Shown piece after piece: positions 44,383 to 56,925 of a stretch of DNA of 64,000 bases (positions are counted from its first letter, which is position 1; each line of letters begins with the position of its first letter). Below the pieces are notes generated by a model. That model saw only the letters and a list, made by a program, of their open reading frames with translations. It was not told where the DNA came from and made no database searches. The stretch is from positions 248,001-312,000 of the forward strand of contig JALMLS010000216.1 of NCBI GenBank assembly GCA_038496445.1, in the 5' to 3' direction. Made by a program: the position numbers and the translations under genes. The stretch is from Trichosphaerium sp. ATCC 40318. Taxonomy: Eukaryota; Protista; Tubulinea.

Positions 44383-45472
44383 CTACATTGGAGTAGTGTT
44401 AAATTTAGAAGAGTGTGCATATCTAGAGTGTGGGCAATATATCTACAACATAGATTAAAAAAACAGGAAAAAAAAGTGTTGTTTAACAATAGTACATACA
44501 CACTTGAGTACTATAAACAACACAAACGCAGTACAAGAAATGAATACAAATACTGCCGAAGAGATAACTACGGCAAGAAACGCGTTTACTCCAGAAGGGG
44601 CTGGTGATGGTTCTGTCCACGTAAAATTAATCCGAGGGGTTGCCTATCAAAGTTAGCTCTTTGAAAATCTCTAAACACGTACAGTAATGTTCCAGTAGGC
44701 ACTGTCAGAAACTTCACTTGGATACTGAGGCTTCACAATGACAACAATAGAACTGCCAAGATCGTTCCATGCTAACAGTAACAGTTACAATATAAGGAGC
44801 GTACAACCAAATATATAAAAACAAAAATTGCGTGTTTAATTTTGTACGTGCATGATTGGCCAACTACTCTTTCAAGAGAAAGTTTATTAAAGGACCAAGA
44901 ATTTAAAGTGTCCATACGATCCGCTATTCTGAAGATGCCGTCACCTAAATACTGATCAAAAAATGTCCAAGCAAGAGTTGTACCTATATCTGTATAGTTC
45001 CAATCGCTGTACCGTTCGTTGCTCCCAACAGAGCAAGACTTTGAGGCAGGATCTGCTTCTTGTACAATATTGACAAAAAGTGAGCTACCTCCAATTGTAC
45101 TTGGAGACTCTGAGGTCATGTACATATCAACTGTGCTAATAAACTGTAAAAAGTCAGCGGTGAATCTTTTTACGAACCGTTATTCTACAAATCAAAGAAA
45201 ACGTTAAAAGGTAAAGTACCTTAGCACCTTGTCTTACTATGACATTGTTAAACCGTATATAAATAGAGGCGTTCGCAGGCACGATGTCATTAACAGTATC
45301 AGAACACCGAGGCATAGATTCGGATGGAAGTATGAATAGAACTTCATCCGCAGCTTCGTTTGTCATTATGGCAGCTAAACTACTTAATTTCTAAATACGC
45401 GCTATATGTACCTGGTGAAGCTGCGACCGCAAGGATATACAGTACAAATAAAAACAAGCTTTTTGCATTCAT
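44383..45472 (-). CDS. Single-pass surface receptor paralogue A (cytoplasmic tail truncated)
   Basis: Same exon structure and ectodomain as B and C (EAADEVLFI..C..VNDIVPANASxYxRFNNV). TAG at 44383 replaces a Tyr codon of B; a remnant gactctccatac lies downstream. Confidence 0.75.
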
Positions 45473-45775
45473 ATCTTGTGCCACGTGACTTTCAGTTAGA
45501 AATCGAGTTAAATATACTAAAGTACGGTCAACTAAAGTTCAAACTGACGGTTTTCTTGTCACAAGTTTCACCTAACGTCTTGCAACAAATATAACTGTTC
45601 ATGATACGTAAATTTGGTTTGCATGTTTACAATTTGAGCACGCCGTTTTTGAAGATTCAACACAGTCCATAACAACATTCCAAAACAGGTTATTGATTTT
45701 GTCTCAGCTAATATGGGCTTTACATTATTTAGAAAAGGAATTACCGACCATAATTGCTGTGTAATATTTATTTGG

Positions 45776-47201
45776 TCACTGGTATGGAGAGTCTTCAGCG
45801 TATGGACTTTCTTCAACTGTGAAAAACAAGTTACAACTAAAAAGACATGTGGTTATGTACCTGGAGCGACTGAGTCATCTTGGACTTGTGGTGAGTATGG
45901 CTGTCCTTCAACAGGGTATCCTTGAGCAATAGGTTGACCTTGTGGAGGGTACGGCTGACCTTGAGGAGGATACCCAGGTTGCACACCATAAGGTTGCGGT
46001 GAAGTGTATGGTTGCATTGGTGTGCCGTAAGCAACTGGTTGCTGAGGTTGAGGTTGTGTTTGATAAACCGGAGTAGTGTTAATTTGTGGAGATACAGTGG
46101 TGTGCGTGGTAGTTTTTGTGGTGGTAACTGTTGAGCCATTACAGCCCTATAATCATAGAATTAAAAAAAGACAATATACATTGTTAACAAAGCCACATAC
46201 ACATCTCTTGTATACAAACCACAGCGCAATAAGAAAAATAATAATTCCAAAAATTATTGGTCCAATAAATGTAGTAATGCTTACACCTCGGCTAGAAGAG
46301 AATGCCTCTGTCCAGGAAATATCAATATATGGCCTTGGCTATTCAGAGTTAGTATGGATACTGTCTTTGATAAACATACATTAACGTCCCAGTAGGCATT
46401 ATCAGGAATCGAAGATGGAGAATCAGGCCGCACAATCATAACAATAGCACTACGGAGATCGTTCCATGCTAACAGTAACAGTTACGATAAGTTTGATCGG
46501 GTAATGTACAAATCAAACGTGACAGCAATGACGTCATGTTTGTTTCATTAATTTTGTACGTACATGATTTACCAACTACAATTTCAAGAGCACTGTTAGG
46601 AAGGTCCCAATCATTTTCAGTTTCGATACTACTTGCTATTCTTCTGGCGTTTATACCTAAGTGGTGAAGATGGGTTAAAAATTAGTGCAACCAAAGTTTG
46701 TACCAATGTCAGCATAGTTCCAACTGTTGTATTCAACATCTCTACTTGTAGAGCAAGATGTTGAGACAGGATCTACCTCTCGTACAATATTGACAAGAAA
46801 TGCCTCACTGCCAATATTATTTGAAACCACCGAGGTAATGTGAAGATCCAAGTCTGTGATCTTGAAGATTTGAGAATTGATAATCGTTTTTTTTTTTTTT
46901 GCTCAAACGTTTTTTGGGTAAAGAAGTGAAAACCAAAAATATACACTTACGTCAGCATCTTTTGTTAATCTGACGTTGTTAAAGCGAAGATAAAGAGAAG
47001 CGTTCGCAGGAACGATATCATTAACGCTAAGAACGCACCGAGGCACTGAATCGGATGGAAGCATGAATAGGACTTCATCCGCAGCTTCAATGGTCGTTTT
47101 GGTAACTAAATAACTTTAAAGGTATCAACATACGCGCTTCATGTACCTGTTATAGCCACAACGATGTACAACATAAATAAACATAAGCTTTTTGTGTTCA
47201 T
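45776..47201 (-). CDS. Single-pass surface receptor paralogue B with Pro/Gln/Tyr-rich tail
   Basis: Signal peptide, shared ectodomain, TM FIGPIIFGIIIFLIALWF, tail QPYGVQPGYPPQGQPYPPQG...EESPYAEDSPYQ*. Confidence 0.8.
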
Positions 47202-47329
47202 ATTGGTCATATCACGTGATTTCAGTTAGAACGTTTTTGAAATTGATTGAAATACGGTCAACTAAATTTCAAAACGAATGGCACGCACCACGAACACATT
47301 TTTCTGTCACAGGTACAATTATTGGTACA

Positions 47330-47700
47330 AAGAGTAAGCAACATAAGGTGTTTCTGTTGAAAACGTGCTGTGGTTGTGGTGTGTTACATGGCTGTGGAAT
47401 TGTGCCGTAAGCAATTGGAGGTTGGGCAGGTTTAACAGTTGTCTGTGGTGCAACAACTGTGGCAGTCTTTTTTTTGTAAGGAAAGCAGTAGTCGTTTTTC
47501 TGGTGGCCTTGAATGCCATTACTAACATTACTTGAGGAGGTTCAATGTTAACGTACATATAAACGCGCTGCACCTAAGCAAAAAATGTAGCCAGATTTGT
47601 ACATGTACTTTGACGCTAAACAAGGTGCCACGTAGGCGTATGTGCCGTAAAGCATCGTCATTTAATTGTATTATTATCTTGGGATAGTCACCGTCCTATA
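47330..47700 (-). pseudogene. Decayed partial fourth copy of the receptor family (tail region; TM segment missing)
   Basis: Nucleotide similarity to paralogue C (ttgaatgccattactaaca, acagttgtctgtgg, tgtgccgtaagcaa, cataaggtgtttctg) with frame disruption. Confidence 0.7.
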
Positions 47701-48206
47701 CTATTCTTTAGGAGCTAGCGAGCCTCATACATTCAAAACTTAATGGTTTTGAATTTTTTTCTCTTATCTTTGTCTGTCCCAATCTCATATATCGGCGGCA
47801 ACTACACTCATCATCACCCAATCAAATATATCAATTTTTTGTACTTGTGCCCTTACTGTTAAGATCTTTAGCTCCGTATTTTGGTATCATTAACTAGTTG
47901 TTTTACACAATACCTAAATTACAATTCAATGTGTCACATCCTCGCTCTGACAATAGATGCGAGGTAAATCGTATCTACACGACAATCACCTATTTCTAAT
48001 ATTGCTAGTGTACTAACCACCAGTTCTACTGAGGTGCCTACCATGTGGTAGTGTTCATTGAGACTCAGGCGATTTGTTAAAATGAAGCTGAACTACAAAA
48101 AAAGATGTTAAGAGCCAAGATGTGACCATCATTGAGTCACATGCATTGAGAAAGCATGGTCATAATTTGATATGTAGTTAAGATTTTATTTGATTACTGG
48201 TATTTT

Positions 48207-49789
48207 TTACTGGTATGGAGAGTCTTCTGCATAAGGTGTTTCTGCGACTGTGAAAAAAATAAGAACTTAAAAAACTCAAAACAAAGTGGTGACATACTCG
48301 GTGGCACGACTGGGCCGGCATGACCTTGCGGTGGATATCCTTGATGTATTGCTGGTCCCTGAGCAGGAGGGTAACCTTGAACGATCTGCTGACCTTGAGG
48401 AGGATAGCTAGGTTGTGCACCATAAGGTTGTGCTGGCATTGGTGTGCCGTAAGCAACTGGTTGCTGAGGTTGAGGTTGATGTACAGGTACAACAGTTGTC
48501 TGTGGCGCGACAACAGTTGTAGTTGTTGTTTTTTTGGTCGTAACTGAGCCAAAACACCATGCCTTTGAATGCCATTACTAACAACTTACAAAAAAGGTAT
48601 GATATGAAATACGCACACGGCTCTTAAGTACCGAACATACAACGATGAGAAAAATAACTGTAACAAATATAATAGGAACAAGATAAGCGCTCATGTTAAT
48701 ACCACTAGAAGTAGGTGGTGAAGGTTCTGTCCAGTCTATCTCAATGTAAGGTCGGGCCTATTAAAGTTAACAAAAAATGTAGACTGATTTTACATGTACA
48801 TTGACGTTCCAGAAAGCATCATCATTGATTGTTGCTGGACTTAAAGGACGTATAATTACAACAAAAGAACTTTGAAGATCTTTCCATGCTAAACAAAGAA
48901 GAAAGTGAGCCAGAGACAACAACTTAACAAGCTTAAAACAAAACGTGTTTTGACTTATATTGTTGCGTACATGGCTGGTCTACAACATCTTGAAGAAATG
49001 AATTAGGTATATCCCAGCTGTTACTAGTACTAATACGGGATACTGATTTTTTAGTATCGAATCCTAAGAATAAACAATTAAAAATGTGATAAAACTTCCA
49101 GTTGCAGATAGTACCAAGGCTGATATAGTTCCAAGTAGAATAAGAAACATCTGTTGGTATAATACAAGATCTTATGCTTGGATCTGGCTGAATTACAAAG
49201 TTTATAACAACCTCTGTTCCAGTACCAAAATTTACTGCAGATTCAGTTCTAATGGTTATATCCAAGTCTGAAATCTTTGGGATATGGGTTAGTCTGGGAT
49301 GTAATTTTAAGTCTTGACATGAAATAGTGCTGTGTATTTAACACTCTCCCAATTTTACCCGAAAGCGGTTCAAAAGCACGTGTGCGCTTTTTTGTCATGC
49401 AATAAAAGTTATGTGCGTTAACTCTTATGTTTAACCCTATAATACATAGCGGTACTTCAATTCATACAAGCGTTGCTTTACCCGAATGGATTTGGGTAAA
49501 ATATGGAAGAAACAATGAGGAAACAGTAAAAAAAAACGTACAGCAGCGTCTCCTGTTACTCTAACGTTGTTAAAGCGCAGATAAAGAGAAGCGTTCGCAG
49601 GAATGAGTTCGTTTACTGTGGCAGAGCATTGAGGCGTCGTTTCTCCGCTGAGAATGAACAGAACCTCATCAGCGGCCTCAATTGTAGTTTTGGCTACGTA
49701 TGTAAGCTATGTGAATACATTCTGTGTATACCTATTGTAGCCGTAAGGCAATAAAGTATGAGTACACAGCAGATGCTTTTTAGTTCCAT
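48207..49789 (-). CDS. Single-pass surface receptor paralogue C with Pro/Gln/Tyr-rich tail
   Basis: Signal MELKSICCVLILYCLTATI, shared ectodomain, TM AYLVPIIFVTVIFLIV, tail QPYGAQPSYPPQG...AETPYAEDSPYQ*. Confidence 0.8.
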
Positions 49790-50247
49790 ATTTTTTTTGT
49801 TATCATGAAACACGTGCACTGAAAACTTATGGGTCAACGATAGTTGTCCACAGTGGTATGAAATTGCTAGCAACACTCCACTTGACAAAGGAAATTAGCA
49901 TTAAACCAATAATACGCCATTTATAGATACAAAACTGATTGATTATGTTGTTAGGTACGAGTGCAAGAAAAAAGGTATGTCAGCTAAATACTTAGTGTTA
50001 CCAGTTTCACAAACTCAGTACAGGTGTGGCCGACCTTGCGGACCCATGGCGTATAAAGATTGTGTCGTATGCTGTAAAAGTATGTATAAGTTTATCACAT
50101 TGCAGTGTCACAATACTTTGTAAAATAAATGCTTTTATTACTATTCAGGTTTAATTGACGGTTCATTACAGGAGTTATTAATTAATTCGTAGCGAGTTAA
50201 GATCAATAAATTGAACTTAGATTACCCATTGTTGACATATGTTCATA

Positions 50248-51638
50248 TTACTTGGCAATAGACTTAAAAAATTCCACGGCCTCTGTTGCATGCTCTTCTG
50301 CTGAACCAATAGGAAAATGGACGCTACGAAATGGAGATTAGCTGTTGCCAAATCACTAAGTTTTGTTGTAACCAACTTACATGTCTTTCTCTAACTGAGC
50401 ACCAAGTTTCAAGAAACACCCCTTATTAGCGCGTTTGGTTGAGTAATTACTAGCTGTCCATACAGTAAGAACTCTATTATCATGAGAGTAATGGAATCCC
50501 TACAAAAAGTAATCGAGTTAGAAAATAAAAGTAGTTTGTACCAATAGCAGCACCTCGTTGTTGATAAGTTGGTGAGATCTGATTATCATGTCAATACCAT
50601 TAGCATCACAAAACGTCTTGGTAACAAGAGGACCCCATAAAAACCCAGCTCCACGTGGACAAGTCGCAAAAAGTAGAACGTCATCGTCAGGGTCACTCCA
50701 AAGCAAGTCTTAAACAAAAAGTTAACATTAAATAACAAATAAAGATAGCAACCTGTTAGCGCTCCAGCGTTATCTACTGCATTACCACGTGGCATATTAC
50801 ATAATTGGTTCATGTCAGCAACACTTGGAGACAATCCGCCGTGTACTACAAGCGTCTAGAGTACAGAAGTTAACTTTTTTTAGTTCAATCTTGGTACCTT
50901 GTTATTAACAAGCGCTGCTAGTGGAAGTTGGTTGAAAACATTGCAACTAGTCTGGTGCATCTCGCCACCGTCTGGGTGACCATAAATGGCAGTAAGATCG
51001 GCTTGGAATCCGTAACTAGAATAGCAACAGTAAGAAGATAATGGTAACATAACTAGACTCACATGCTGGAAATCCTTACATCTTCGTGGTTTCCACGAAT
51101 AAGATAGACGTTAGTAGGAAATAAAAGCTTCAAGATAAAAATCAACTGAACACAAAGTGTAGACTTGCTTCCTCTGTAAAAAATATTATAAACTCATAGC
51201 ACTATAGTTTAACGTACCTATCAAGTTTCCCATGAAGAGGTATTGATTTTCAACAGGAGATCCACCAAGCCTCAAGACTTCTAACGTATACGTTATTGGT
51301 TTTCTTGTGTCTTAAAATATGATGTCTACTGTACCTTTCATGTCAATGAAATGGCCATGAATGTCTCCAACCAATGTCAAAGGAGCAGTGAGCTTGAGGA
51401 CTGTCGCTTCAGATTTGAAACAAGCTTCTGCCTAAAAGAGCGAAAAACACGTGAACAGAAAGGCAAAACGGTGCATGCAAAAATAGAAACACTAATGACA
51501 TTAAAATCGTACTGCAGAGCATAGTTTTTTGAAATTATCTAAGGCCAGAGACTCGTTGTTGGATACTGTTACCAACCACTTTTTGAGGGTAGCTTCGGGT
51601 ATAGTTGATGCTGTCTTCTGAGTCTTTTGTTCTTCCAT
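50248..51638 (-). CDS. Divergent PPP-family (PP2A/4/6-like) Ser/Thr phosphatase, multi-exon
   Basis: VGDIHGH, YLFMGNLI|(DR)GSKS, RGNHE, HGGLSP, DLLWSDP, PRGAGF, IIRSHQ, TVWTASNY. Confidence 0.88.
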
Positions 51639-52183
51639 TGCTGAGGAGGTGTCTATTCGTTGTAGAGTTTATAATTATGAAGTAGTTTTTGGTTTGGATG
51701 GCAAATACTTCGTTATGCCAAAAACTGATGTTCAGGACTCTTCATACCGGCTTTAAAAGCGTCAGGAGCACTTACATAAGTCAGACGACGCCTGTAGTTG
51801 AAAATATTTAACAGTGCTCCTTCGAAGGTAAAAAGAGGTGCATTGTGTTGACGTGAGGTATGCTGTGCGTTGGTACGAAGTTCGGAACCACGGTGACAAG
51901 TTGAAGCGCACAATGCTAAGCCGGAGGAAAAATACCTACGAGCTTATTTCAGTGAAACTGTATTAACAACATTTGCTTTTTGACAAGCGCTAACAACTGG
52001 CGTATGATTTTGCGCTTTACCTGTAACGTAGAATATTTGTAGCTATACCTGTAAAATAGATTGCACGTGATAAAAACTGAAAATGCTTCTGTTTTATATA
52101 GGCAAGAGAAATGTAAATAAACAAGCAATTTATACGCTGCGATAACTGTAAAAACAATACTAATAAACGAATGTTATCTTTAT

Positions 52184-53257
52184 TTAATAGATCTTTACAC
52201 CTTGTTTACGTAGCTTATTTCTACATTCATCAGTGACATTTATACAACTATCCAGTGCAATAGTGTATGCATCAAACAAATACTTGACACCCTCATCTGA
52301 TATCTTTTTACATCCCTCTAGTTGTATGGTGTGAGCACCAGCCAAAGCCTTAATGCCTACATCACCTACTTTTGTGTAAGATAAATTAACTTTATGCACT
52401 CCAGCCAATGCTTTGACACCTTCATCTGATATTCTTAAGCATTCTACCAATTTTATTGTGTGCACTCCAGCTAGAGCTTTGATACCTTCATCACTGACGC
52501 ACGTGGCTGATAGATCAATGTTGTGTACACCAGCCAATGCTCTGACACCTTCATCACCCACATTTGTGTAAGATAAATTAATAGTATATACCCCACCTAG
52601 CATCTTGACACCCTCATCCGTGATTTTAATACCACGTAAGGATATAGTATGTACACCAGCCAAAGCTTTCACACCCTCATCTGTTACATTCTTACAACTA
52701 ACCAAAGTTATTGTGTGTACACCAGCCAACGCCTTGATACCTTCATCACTCACGTTTGTGTAAGATAGATCAATCTTGTGTACGCCAGCCAATGCTCTCA
52801 TGCCTTCAGCACTAACGCTTGTATAAGATAAATTAATGGTATGTACCCCAGCTAACTCCTTGATACCCTCAGCTGTAACTGAATCACAACGTGTCAAGAA
52901 TATAGTATGTACGCCCGCCAAAGCCTTTAGAGCCTCGTTGGTAACCTTTGAGTAAGATAAATGAATAACTTGTACTCCAGCAAGTAACCTTATATTGTCA
53001 TCTGTTATAAGGTGAGGAACCCATAAGCAAAATTCTGTATTTTTAAGTAAAGGGCTTCCAGAAAGCATATCGAACTCATGTTTGTTCCAAATAGTAATTC
53101 TACCATATCCAACGTGATTATGTACGATATTTTGCAGGAAATGGCATGTTTGGGCTGTCCGAAGTGTAAAAGTGCCTTGCTTAAGAATATGAACGATAAT
53201 TTCAACTGGGAGCGCCACGAGATCAAATGGTTGCTTATTTGAATCGTTTTGTTCCAT
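52184..53257 (-). CDS. Intronless F-box + LRR protein (paralogue of 11789-13141)
   Basis: ATG-initiated single ORF with F-box LVALPVEIIVHIL and about 12 LRRs of type LAGVHTIxLSxTxVSDEGxKA. Confidence 0.92.
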   Translation of the reverse strand: MEQNDSNKQPFDLVALPVEIIVHILKQGTFTLRTAQTCHFLQNIVHNHVGYGRITIWNKHEFDMLSGSPLLKNTEFCLWVPHLITDDNIRLLAGVQVIHLSYSKVTNEALKALAGVHTIFLTRCDSVTAEGIKELAGVHTINLSYTSVSAEGMRALAGVHKIDLSYTNVSDEGIKALAGVHTITLVSCKNVTDEGVKALAGVHTISLRGIKITDEGVKMLGGVYTINLSYTNVGDEGVRALAGVHNIDLSATCVSDEGIKALAGVHTIKLVECLRISDEGVKALAGVHKVNLSYTKVGDVGIKALAGAHTIQLEGCKKISDEGVKYLFDAYTIALDSCINVTDECRNKLRKQGVKIY

Positions 53258-53455
53258 ATGGAGCTTTACAGTGATGTGAGTACTAAATCTGAACGGTCAC
53301 GTTTGAATCCCCTTCGTTGCTTATTTCTAACGTTCCGAACTATCATCTGCAGTCAATTATGTTCTCATGATTTGATTCATTGCACGTGTTAAAATATCAA
53401 TACGACAGTTTTTGTTTATTTACAATTTTTTTGGTGGCTAAACTTGGTCCACTTA

Positions 53456-56400
53456 TTATTGAATGGTGCAACGACTGCTGTCTTTACTAGCCTTTTGTGG
53501 TTGACGACGTAAGTATTTATTGATCTCTTCGAGAGTATTTTCGGTAAGATCCTTTGTGCAAGTTAGAATAAATTTTTTTCATTCCATTACATTACCTTGT
53601 ACGTGTCAGTTTTTATGACTTCCTCATAGTGGTGTAATAAGAAATAAAGACAGAATCCTTTCAATTGTTGAGCATTACATTCATCAGATATCTCTAAAAC
53701 TGTGTTAAAATAAAGTAACGGACGAGGAAAAAACTTTAAAACGTTGAAACGACTACAACTTGTTATCTTATCTCAGACGTTCTAACGTAGCTACTTGAGT
53801 TTGAAAATAAACTTACCAAAAAGCCATGCTACATTATACACATCAATACCTTGCTCAACAAGCCTGGAACAGAGTGTCAGAACAAAAGTTGTCACGGTGA
53901 CAGTTAACAAACTGAAGTTCTTTGGATTTGCAACACTTACGCTTCAGCTCTTTGCTTTAACCTGTCCAACCCATATTCGTTTGCAGCCATTAGAAGTTCA
54001 ACGGCTAAAGAGACGGTAAGTATAGTGAAGGGATATTTCACTAAACAATGTACATTGATCAGGCTCAATCGACACATCGTCAGTGTATATGTACCTAAGA
54101 ATAAAATAAGAAACGCAGGTGCCAAAAAAAGAAAAAAAAGAGAAACGTTATGTACGTACTGTAGCATTGACAAAAATACTTCAACACGCACAGTCATATC
54201 TATAGTATCCATACTCGCTTCTTTAAAACCACTAGAAAACATAGCACGGAACTGTTCGCTTCTAACAGACAAAATCGCCTAAAATTGTTTAATCAAATAA
54301 CTTTACTGTTACCATACCTTGTGAGCGTATATTATTTTGCCTTGACAATTAAATTTTATATCACTGAACGTTTTATTATTAACATAAACTCCTAAATGCA
54401 TTTGCAGACCAAGACGAAACAAGCTTCTTTCTGTAGCAAACTCTACAAACATGATGTAAATTACAGTCAACAAAAAATAGAAGCAAGGACGTACTGTTGG
54501 TTGATAACTTTATTCCAAATCGTTCAGCAATATCGCCAAGTAGCACCGCAAATGCTGCTTTTTGTTCTGCTTCAGTCTTATGAGCCTCTTTTTCATCAAG
54601 CTAACGTTGATTAAAAAATGAATGTCAGTACCTTTCTCACCTTAATGTTTACAGTATCGGTGTACAGAAACTTTACAGTTGCGTATATAACATCATGCCT
54701 AATGTATAATGTTACTAATATCCCTAAGGTGCGACGGGATTCATAAAGAGGGGAATTACCTGAACTCTGTTACTTTTAATGTATCCTCTTTTTTAAACAA
54801 CTTTGCCCATTTCTTAGCCCTACTCAAAACTATACGATGACCTGGTATCTTTTCCTTTTCTGTCACAATTATGACATCTGAAAAGTCCTCACTTTCTACC
54901 AGTTTCCCAATATCTTCACAAAACGTAGAATCGTCAATAGTAATGAGAGGCGTGTAATCTTAAAACAGACTGTTAAACAACAAACGGAAGAACTTTTTAG
55001 TAACAAAAATTATTTAACAACGCACTTGTTGCAGCAAAGCTGTGTCTACCACCGGCTGCTATGACTTGAACCCGTGTGCTATCAATTAAGATAAGCATTA
55101 TTAATTAAACAAGGTACGTACTCAGATAGTTCACCACCTACAAAAACAGGTTCGCTCTTGTTACTCGATGTTCCATTTCCAAGTTGTCCGTTATCATTTA
55201 GTCCAAAGGCGTAAACGTGTCCAGCATCTATAATTAGTAAGTAACAAGTATGTTTACAGTGGTGGTTTTCTAACCTGTAAGAACAAGAGTGTGATAAGCA
55301 CCACAGGTGACTTGAAATACGTTTTTTCCAAAAAGAGCTTCTTTTACTTGACGTGGAGTAGGGTTATCATCTCCATAAGATAGTATTCTGTCTAGAGAAC
55401 CATATCCGAGTTGCCCTAAACGTGTATTTAGCTTCAAAGGCAGCATCTTTTAGAAGGTGTTGTGTTTGTACCATGTTCACCTCCTCCCCATGTGTAGCAT
55501 TTACCAACATCGCTTGCAGCGACTGAGTGAAGCTGACCACCTGCAAGGCTCATAATAACAACTCCTCGAAGTAATTTTATCTCTGTAGGCTCAACAACCA
55601 TCTGCTCAAATAGTTACAACTAATCGTGAGTACTCTTGAACTCACGGCTTTTTTACTAGAATCCACAGCAGGTTCTGATCCACACTGACCTTAACCACTG
55701 TTACCTATTAAAGCCAAGACGAAATCCGTACCATTTGAGTTATTACCCCTAAATAAAGATGGTTAGCACCTAGATACTTCATACAAGTTGATACGCACCA
55801 CGCAAAGCACTTAGCTGGACTCTTAATACTTAGTAATGTATGACTATGACCACAACCAATTGCTTGTATTGGCGCTGTATCGATTACCTTAGGACCAATA
55901 GTTACTACATAAATAAAATCTATAAAGTTCACACCTTGTTTATAATTTGCTTTGGTGTAGCTACTAACTTTCCAACAAATTCATCACCTAGTCCGAGCTG
56001 CCCTAAACAAGCCAAAATACTCAGTAAAAACGTATTGGCTACAACAAACTAATACCTTTATCGTTATTACCCCAAACATATACTGCGTGGTGCCCTAAGA
56101 AGCAAAAGTGAGTAACAGAATCTCAATGCCTGGTTTCTGAATCAAAGTCCTAAAAAAATTCTCGTACACGTGGTAGCGACTGTGTGGGTGTTACCACAAG
56201 CAATCTTTGTAATACGTTTTCCTTTAAGTGGAGATACAAGAATAGGTACAATTTGATCAACATGGTCACCAGTACCCAGCTGTCCCTTATGATTACGACC
56301 AAACGCATACAACTCGCCTTTACCTAAACAATCAAGAGTGTCAAAGAAAAGCGTTGTTTGCATCCAGAGAGAAAACTGCAACGTTGATGAATTTCACTCC

Positions 56401-56925
56401 AAATCGTTGTTCATTTTGACACTTACTTGTTGCTATGACGCTATGAAAACCACCACAGCTACCAATAGTGAAGCGTTTGCGCTCATTGAGATGTATATGG
56501 CCAGGATGAAATACATCTGAGACACTTCCAGAGCCAAGGCGTCCGTACGTTCCTGTAAGTGTCAATAACAAACGTTAATACCTATTTAATGGCACCTTTC
56601 CCTTTAATACGTATGTTAGGCACGTTGTAAACGTTTTTGTACCGTACCACATGTAAATACTTCGCCTGTATCTGTTATTGCGAGAGAATGACTTAATCCG
56701 CATGATAAAACGCATACGCGTTTTCCTTGCAGTCTTAACGATGTTAATAACGAAAAACAGAAAAATACATGCCTAGAAACTTTAGAAGCAACCTTGACCT
56801 TATTGGTATTAATACCAAGTTGTCCAGACTCAGCCCAACCCCATGCACATACTGTCCCGGCGTCAACCTCTGAAAAGGCGTAAATAACTCTTTAGAAGCC
56901 TCATTAATACAACAGTACCTGCCAT
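53456..56925 (-). CDS. RCC1-repeat + tandem BTB protein ending in a CaaX box (CTIQ), multi-exon
   Basis: Multiple xWGxNxxGQLG...CGxxHS/T repeats; BTB1 (FSDVIIV...HRIVL) and BTB2 (FSDIKF...AHK|AILSVRSEQFRAMFSSGFKE); ends SSRCTIQ-TAA. Confidence 0.9.
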
